From contig JBJOPW010000001.1 in the NCBI GenBank assembly GCA_046050355.1, positions 67,858 to 131,857 on the forward strand: a stretch of DNA of 64,000 bases. Direction: 5' to 3'. Both the position numbers and the translations under genes were made by a program. Below, one piece after another: positions 45,701 to 54,700 of this stretch. The stretch comes from Candidatus Parcubacteria bacterium. Its GTDB lineage: Bacteria; Patescibacteriota; Minisyncoccia; Phycocordibacterales; UBA918. How positions within the stretch are numbered: position 1 is the first letter of the stretch; every line of letters begins with the position of its first letter. The notes beneath the pieces were generated by a model, which saw nothing but the letters and a program-made list of their open reading frames with translations, did not search any database and was not told the origin of the DNA.

Positions 45701-48700
45701 CCACCAGCACCTCCACCACCCACCCGTACTGTCAGATTTTCGGCCGGAATGGTTGTAACGTTACCCTGTACAAACCCGCCACCACCACCGGCACCAGCCC
45801 CACCACCATTTGTTGAATAACTGGCACCACTACCACCACCAGCACCCCACGATTTGACCGTAACACTAGTAACCCCACTCGGAACAGTGAACGTACTGGT
45901 ACCAGCCGCAGTGTACACCACCTGTTGTGTCGAGGTGCCAGCCGCTACTTGCGCTGTCTTCCCTGATTGCAGTACACCATTAACAGCCACAGCCACAGTA
46001 CCTGAAGCGAGCGCGGTGAGTTGATCATAATCAAAGATACTACCAGAGATGGTAAGTCCTTCTGACCATTCCACCGACCAATCTTGCACCGATGGACAAT
46101 TACCGCTATCACAGAGGAGTTCGGCGTCGAGCTTAAGTACGTTGTAGATGTTTTTATCAAGTCCTGAAATATTGATTGGCGAATTAGTAAAACCAGCTGC
46201 ATTACCAGACAAGGCCGAATCTGGGACCAAGGCAAAAGTACCTGGCGTCGTTTCGTAATAAACACGATACAGCACGTTACTCAGGCCGGGAGTGGTATCA
46301 GTAAATCGAACCCGCTCCCACCGAGGACTGGCACCATCAGCAAAATTGATAGCCGTCGAACGGATTGACGCCGATGTGAAATTTGGATAAATCTGTGCAG
46401 CGATGGTCAAAGAACCGTCAAATGGTTGCGCCGCAATTGATGGGCTACTACTAAAGTTCTCTCGGGCTGTCCACACTGATCCATTCCACCGACTCGTATC
46501 ATACCGATCTGGGTTTGATCCATCATCAAAAGCCAGTGCATGGACAGTACCATCACCACCCCGCACAGTCTGGAAGCGCCAACTATTATTAATAACATCG
46601 AGACTAAATTCACCTGACGTTGTCCCGGTACCAAACGAATAGGTTTGGTAGCGGGCTGCAACCGTATCAGAATAAGCAATCACTACATCTCCATCCGTCC
46701 CTTGTGTCGTCTGGAAATCACAGTCAGCAGGCAAGCCGCGGTTATCATTACCGGTAATAGTTAATTCGGTGAAAGTTCCAAAGGCACTGCCCGTCCACGG
46801 TACGATACCAATATCAGTATCAGCATCCATATAGCAGAGCATCATGCGATCGGTTCCCTCATCGCGCTTGAGGCTACCCCAGGTCATAACGTTACCAAGC
46901 GCTACGGTATTAGTCGCCGACCACGTCGAGCCATTCCAGGTCTTCCACGGCATATTAACCGTACCGTTTGGTAAAGCCAAAACCGCCTGGTCTCCCGATT
47001 CTTCATACTCAATCACCATCCCTTCGTTTGTGTTCGCACTCACATCACCGAAGCGATTGCTATTACCCCAACTTGAGCCATTCCAAACGAGTGCTTCATA
47101 ATCAGGGGTGCCGGTATTGGTATGACGGAATACCGCAATAATTTCGTTTGAGACGGGATCACTCGCCATCTGTACCCACTCGCAGTCATTTGTGTTAGCC
47201 AAGACAAGACTTGAGGTTGCACTCCAGGATGAACCATCCCAGGTTGCATACACGGCATCATTTCCAAGACAGGCCACTGCCATAAGCTTTCCTGAAACTG
47301 TTTCATATGCAATGTCATAGCGGCGCTTCGTCGATTCGGTAGCTGAATTCACAATTTCAAATATATTGCCCCACGATTCGGTGATCGCGTCATATATCTG
47401 AATATTGATATCGAGGTCGGTTCCAAGAGTACCAAGCGCATACTCAGGCCGTGTGGTCGCTGCCTTGAGTCTGGTCCAGCGGATTTGCGCACTGACTGTA
47501 TCAGCAGAAATTGGAGCACTCCAGGCGGAACCATTCCAGGTTCGATACTGCGGGGCTTGCGCTGTCCCCTCTGCATAGGCGACCATCACGCCGTTAATCA
47601 CTGACGAGACTTGGGCGCCACCGAGGGTAGTTTCGATATCAACAGTATCATTGGTGCTAAATTGCTCTCCTGTAGTCTGGTACCAAACGGACACATTGGT
47701 CGCAGTATCAACTGTAAAGCTAAATGGGGTCGAATAATTCGACCAACTATTACTACCACCCGGGTCACGTGCCCGAGTACGCCACCAATAAGTCACGCTG
47801 TTGGTAAGTGGTGCCTGTGTCTGGTATCTGATGGTATTACCCGAATTAAATGGCGACGTATCAGCTGGGGTTGTAACATTCGAAAATCCTGCGTCAACAC
47901 CAGACATAAATGTGGTTGGTGCGGCAAAGTCTTGCGTGGTTGAAATTTGAATTTCATACTGCAAATCATCAGCTTGCGGATCAATCGTCGTAAACGTAAA
48001 GGCTGGAGTAACCGTTGCGGTCTTAGCATTATCAAAGAGTGTCAGGTGGGTTGGTGGTTCAATTTTCAAACTCCACGTCACGGTCATGTCTAAGAGTCGC
48101 GGTAACGTCGCATTACCCGAAAAGACTGAGGTGATACGGAGCACATTGTAGGTTGTTGTATCAAGTGCGGCGATCGAAATTGGTGACGATGCAAAACCAG
48201 CACTGTTGCCAGGCAGATCAGTGTCGGGCACTAACGCAAAATTATTGCTTGATACTTCATACTCAACATAGTGCCTGATAGTACCTGAAGTTACATTCTG
48301 ATTGAAGCTAATACTGCCCCAGGCATTGCCAATAGCTCGGTTATCATAGTCAATTTCGGTGGTTGTGGTGGTAGCAGCAGTGAAGCTTGTATTGATACCA
48401 ACATCGTTAGTTGAAACATTCGCTAGTGCATCATTGAGACTATTAGTATTAAACTGATCACCAGTAGTCTGGAACCACGTCGTAAGTGTCGTCGCACTAT
48501 TAACCGTAAAGCTTCGTGGCTCAGACCAGCTTCCATATGTATTGGAGCCAAAGTCATCTTTTGCCCGGACACGCCACCAATAGGTAACCCCATTAGTTAA
48601 ACCGGTATTAGGTACAAATTGAATCGTCTGGCCGGAAGAATACTGACTACGTTCAGATGGTGATGCAATATTAGTGAACTGAGAAAAGTCAGCGTTTGAT

Positions 48701-51700
48701 TCGCGGGTAATAGTTGGTGAAGAAAAATCAGCATCATTATCAATGACAACCTCATACGAGACAAGATCACCAAGCTCATCAATCGCGGCAAATTCAAAAG
48801 TTGGTGTCGTCGAAGCGAGTTGCCGATTATCAAACGGTGCGGTCAACGTCGGTTGTAGCGGTGCCGCATTAGTGATCAATCGTGGGTAGGTACTGTAGGT
48901 GTTGAGAATGGCTCCATCTGCATACACAAGACGGAAACAGTAACTTGTATTGGCTGTGGCTCCATTGTTTTGTAACGTAAAATCCCATTCTGTTTTTTGA
49001 CCAACCAAGAGCCCATTCCGATTGAGAATGGTTGGATTATTTTCTTCGTATGTCTCACTAAAATTACTATCAGAAAGTAACGTGCTTGGCAGGACTCGAC
49101 CGTCACCAATCAACTCTTCTGCTTGTACAGTATAAAATCCCGTTGCATTTGTCTGGTTGTTATATTCGGTCTTTAACCAGCTCGCTGAGCGCGCTACTGA
49201 GGCAATTCTAAACTCGTCGATCCGGCCTCGGTGATACGTACCACCAGCCGTTGATACAGAACCAAGCGCAAAACCGGTCAACGCTACGTTTGGATTATCT
49301 GACGTGGCCGCCGTTGCGATGGGCGCACCGTCTAAGTAAATACCCATGAAAGTGCCGCCAGTACCGTGTGATACGAGCCCAACGTGTGTCCACTTATTAC
49401 GATAACTCGTGTAGTTTGTTGTGAGTCGTCCCGGGGCACTACAACAGGTACCAAAGTCCCAGTATAGTACCGCATCTCCCCATGGTGCATGGGCAGCAAA
49501 CCGCTCTGCTCCAGCAGCAGTAAAGCTGAAGAGGTTTGAGTTCTGTGTTTCAGCAGTACTCACATTATTCCAGGCGGTGACGGTCACGGTCGCTGTGTTC
49601 CAGCTCCAACCAGTATTGGTTAAATAGTCGTTAACGCCATCAAAATTCAAACCATTGCCAATTTTTGAACTAGTACTGTTCGTGGCCACCATGCCTGACG
49701 ACGTTAGATTGCGTCCATTACTGGTACTATCAATCATGGCACTGGTCGGATTGGTGCCTAAGTGATACACCGCTTGGTAGCCATTATTCCAGACGTTATT
49801 TCGACCATATGTTGCTGTGGCCGCATACCCACTTGCGCCACTATTGCCATAGTAGATATAAAATCCAGTGTCGGTGGTGGTTGAGAGACTTGGTGCTTTA
49901 AAGTGAAGTTCACCAGTGTCAGCACTAGTATCAATTGCTACAAGCTCATACGGCACTTCGGTGATACCGTCACTCGTGGTAATACGAATATCGTCACCAT
50001 CACTCTGCACAGTATCAAAGAAGACGGCTGGCAAATCATCGAGATTTACATACACAGGAAAGTCAGTCACTGCTGATGATGTACCAACGAGCGCATTATC
50101 AACTTCAATCTTAATTCGACGTCCCCAAGCCGCTCCATACCAATCGCTACCAACAATCGAGTTGGCATAGCCACGCCAGAGAGCTGTTGTACTACCGACC
50201 GCACCGACATCAGACCACCCGGTAGCGATACTACAAGAAGAACCAGGAGCATACTGAAGTTTAAAAGCAGAAGTACTGGTTGCCAGTGGTACATTTGCAC
50301 CCTGAAGTGATAGCCGTAGTCGCAGGACATCATTAAGACTCACCGCTTCAGCTGAAGACAAAGCGACATTTTCGTTGACGTCAGTACCGCCGACTGGCCA
50401 GGCATCAGTTGGTGTGAAAAAGCTACCATTCGCATACCAGCGAAAGTTACTTTGCACTAATTTTGGTTTACGTAGCCAGGCGACTGACCAATCATCAAGA
50501 CTCGCACTTTGTGAGCCGAATGTAGTTAACGTAGCTTCAAGACAAATCTGACTATAAGTCGAAGTCGAAAGACTGGTGAGGTTGAGAGGCATCGCACTCT
50601 GATCAAATCCCGTACTATTACCCGGAAGTGCTCCATCAGGGATATAGGTATCACAGGTAGTGGTATTAGTATATTTGAGTTTCACCGTCACATCAGTACC
50701 AAAAGGTTCCGTTGAACCAAACGACAAATCACCCCAGGTATTTTGATTGGGGACAGACGTAAAGACGATTGGCTGGGTCGTCACGATACCCTGTGTGAAG
50801 GTGTAGCGTTTGGCGGCCATCTCGAATGTTTCGTAAGGGGCGCCAATAATTGAGGAGGGATTCGGAACTATAGATTGTTTGGTAGACCAATTGGTTCCAT
50901 TCCAATATGTCGACTCAATTTCATCACCCGCCACCGCATCATCATGACTAATTGCGACAATGGTGCCATCCCCAGCACGTTCTGTTTGTACCCAAAATAC
51001 ACCAGCCCCAGAGCCGACACCAGACACTGTTTGTTGGGCATCCCAGGTTGATGTCGCAAAGGTACGGTAGCGTAGGTTTGTGGTATCAGAGTATGTACCG
51101 AGAATATAACCTGACCGACCGGCAGTAGTTTCGTATTCACAATCAACCGGTCGACCAGCTTGTGAGTTACCGGTAATAGTAAAGTCGGTAAAAGTACCAG
51201 TCCAGACACTACCATCCCAGCGTATGGCACCAACCCGCGCTGAGTCATTGATGAAACAAAGCGTCATGAGATCAGAGTTAGGATCGGCAGCCAGTGAACC
51301 AAATTCAAAATCGTTGAAGAGTGCCTGCGTACCATTACTACTCCAACCCAAACTAGGACCGAGCCAGGTCACATAGGCAAAGTTGTTGTTAGTACCATTA
51401 GTCACGGCTATCACCGCTTGGTCGCCAGAAGACTCATACTTCACGCCAATACCGGCTCGCAGTTCTTGACCAGCCTGTACTGAACCAAGGACCCGACTAC
51501 TTATCCAACCAGTACCATCCCACACCAGCGCTTCGTAGTTGTTCCCTACCGCCGCGCCACTATCGCGCACGACGAGAATCATTTCATCTGAAGTTGGATC
51601 AGACGCAATTTCGACATGGTTACAGACATTGACGAGGCTAGTGGTGATACTACTGGTGGCTGACCACGTACTCCCATTCCAGGTGCGGTATACCGGATCT

Positions 51701-54700
51701 TTAGTGTTACTACAAGACACCACCATCGCGTCACCGGAGACACTTTCATAGCCCACGGCAATACCCTTGCGCGTGACATTCGAAACAGTGCTCGTAATCA
51801 GTGTCTGATTACCCCACGAACTGCTCGTGGCATTGTACACCTGCGCATACGTCGCATTAGATTGGTCCATCGTCACGAGAATGTATTCATCCCGCTTTAC
51901 TCCAGCAGCTGTACGGACCCAGTTAATAGTACCGCCGACCGCAATCGCCGACTGCTCAATCCCCCAGCTCGTACCATTCCAGAGGCGATACCGTGGGGTG
52001 GTGTTGGTACCATCACCATAAGCCAACATAATCTCAGAACTCACCGTTGAGTTTACAGTGACATTATTATTCACATCATTGGCCGTCGCGCCAAAGAGCG
52101 TATTCGTTTGGAATTGTCCACTGGTAGTTTGGTACCAGTTTGCAACGGTATCTCCTGCATTAACAGTAAAGCTTTGTGTTGTTGAATAATCACCAAAGCC
52201 ACCTGAACCAGTAACGTCTTTCGCGCGGACCCGCCAATAGTATGTCGTTAGGTCTGTGAGTGTGTCACCTGGTTGTAACTGATAGCGGATTTTATTGCCT
52301 TCGGTAAATGGCGCAGTGTCACCACCACTCACGGTGTTTACAAATCCTGCATCGGCACTAGAAACTCGCACGGTAGCAGTCGCAAAGGTTGAGGAGGTAG
52401 AAATTGAGAACTCGTATTCAATATCAGAAGCTCCGTCCGGGTCACTCGCGGTAAATTCAAAATACGGTGACGTTGAAGCAAACCGGGCATTATCAAATGG
52501 AGTTTGTAATGTTGGTGCTGCCGGGCGGAAATCAAGCGCAGCTTTTTTCCATAGCATGAGGGTAGCTGGAGTAGTAGAGCTTACCTGACCAGCCGTTGCT
52601 TCTTGCTGACTTTGCACTGACACGATCTGTCCCGCGCCAACCCCCTCAAGCAAGAAGACGAGATTGCCTGACGCATCAGTGTGTCCGTTTTGGTTACGAA
52701 TGTAGTTTGATTTGGTTTGGGCACCCGTTGTCGTCGCCCCATTAACTGTTACGGTAATACGATTGTTCGTACGAGCAGTAGCACCAGTCACGGCCACGTT
52801 GTACATGAGGAAATAGTCACCACTTTGACCAACCGTAATCTGATGACTGTTAGTGGTTGATGAATAGGTATAGGTACCGGTATCGTGTGCCAATGGTACA
52901 TTGAAGCGTGTTGAGGAAGCGTTTGTGTTATTGAAGTTCATTCCCGTCGTACCGTTGAAGTAGTTACCAGTGACGGCAATCACACCCGCAGTTGGTAACT
53001 TTTCAATCACAATCGAACCAGCAAAGCCTGGTGTCACAACGACGTTCCCGCCACCGGCTTCTTGTTGTGCTGTTACGGTGAGCACACTATTTGTACTACT
53101 GGCAACCACCACCCCGGACCAATGAATACTCGAGTCGCCATCACTTTCGGTAGCTGCCGTTTCCATGTACCCCTGCATAAATTGCGCACCTGGCACGGCC
53201 ATACCATTGATAAGTACTCGTCCAGTGACGTTTGTCTGCACTGTATGGTTTACTCCCGTAAGTGGAATATTGACATGGACCATGTAGGTACCAGTAGCGG
53301 ACAACGTAATATTTTGTGGCGATACAGTGTTTGAGTGTACAAAGCCGGTGTCTTGTCGAGTCTCAATCCAATCCAATGCGTTGGCCGTGGCAGTGTTGAG
53401 ACTGGTGGTTGCCGTCGATCGAGTGGTTGTGGCCGCAAAGACAATATCGCTACTTGTCATGTACTCAACATACAGTGACGCCAACCCAGATACATTAACG
53501 GTGTCGCCGGCATCAATAGTATTTAAGTTTTCGACAAACACTTCAATGTAGTCATTCGCATTGACATCAGTAAGGAGAAACGCGACGTTTGATGATGACT
53601 CTGATTGTGCACCGGCATTTTCGATATAGCCACTACGCCCAAGACCTTCTTGTACCGCCACGCCGTTTTTACGTACCTCAATACCCGAACGAGTGCGACT
53701 CGTGTTGGCATCGGTTCGTTGTACTGGCAAGTTTACTGCGACAAAGTAATCACCACTTTGACGGAGGGTTACTCGCTGTGAGTTTGATGAAGTTGAGTGA
53801 GTATAGTAGTAGTTATCAATTGAACTCGTCGACCACTGCATCGGACTAGGTACACTGTTGAGGTTCGTTCCAGCAACGGTCCGCGTACCCTTAAACCACC
53901 CGATGTTGTTAAGCGCATCAGACGCAATCTGCCACTGCCTCAGCTCTGAGAAGCTGTCCATAGTGAGTGGCCCAAGGAGATACATATAAGGACTAACATC
54001 AGGCGCATCAAAGGTATACGAGAAGGTACGTTCGTCGCCGACATTCATTGTCACGTTTGACCAGGTTATAAGACTATACTGTGGTAGTGCCGTAATCGTC
54101 GCCCCCTCGAGACCCTCGATGATAAAGCCACGTGGTACTCGCTCGGTGATATCACCGGTGTAGGTACGGTTGGCTTTGACCTTAAGCTCTACCTTATATG
54201 GTGCGGGTGGGTAGATACGGGTAGGTGCCGTACGAGTGATATCAAATGGGATATAGTCACGCACTTCAAAGGAGTCAGTAATCTTGTGTACGACTTCCCC
54301 GCTTACGTTTAGATGTTGTAGCTGAATAGTGTACTTACCCCATTCGCCCGTATCTTTAAAGGTAGCCAGGTAGTCTGGCACATCAGTAACGTTGTTCGCG
54401 TTACACGAACCAGATTGCGACACTGGCACTTCGAAGATTGCTCCCTTTGGATCGATAATCTTCATCTCTAAGTTCGCATCACAAATCGTGTCGCCACTAT
54501 CAGTCAAGGCAGCGAGATTGAGCACTACTTCCTCGTTCGGGAAGTACATGCTCTTCTTGGTGTTTACAGCCAAAAGCCCCCAGTAGAATTCAAAAGTGTC
54601 GGTGAACTTTTCACCATTTTCAAGTACCTCAACGGTCACTTCGTACTTTCCTGGTGCGAGCGTATACGGCAGTTCTTCAACTTGCATTGACCAGGTGAGG

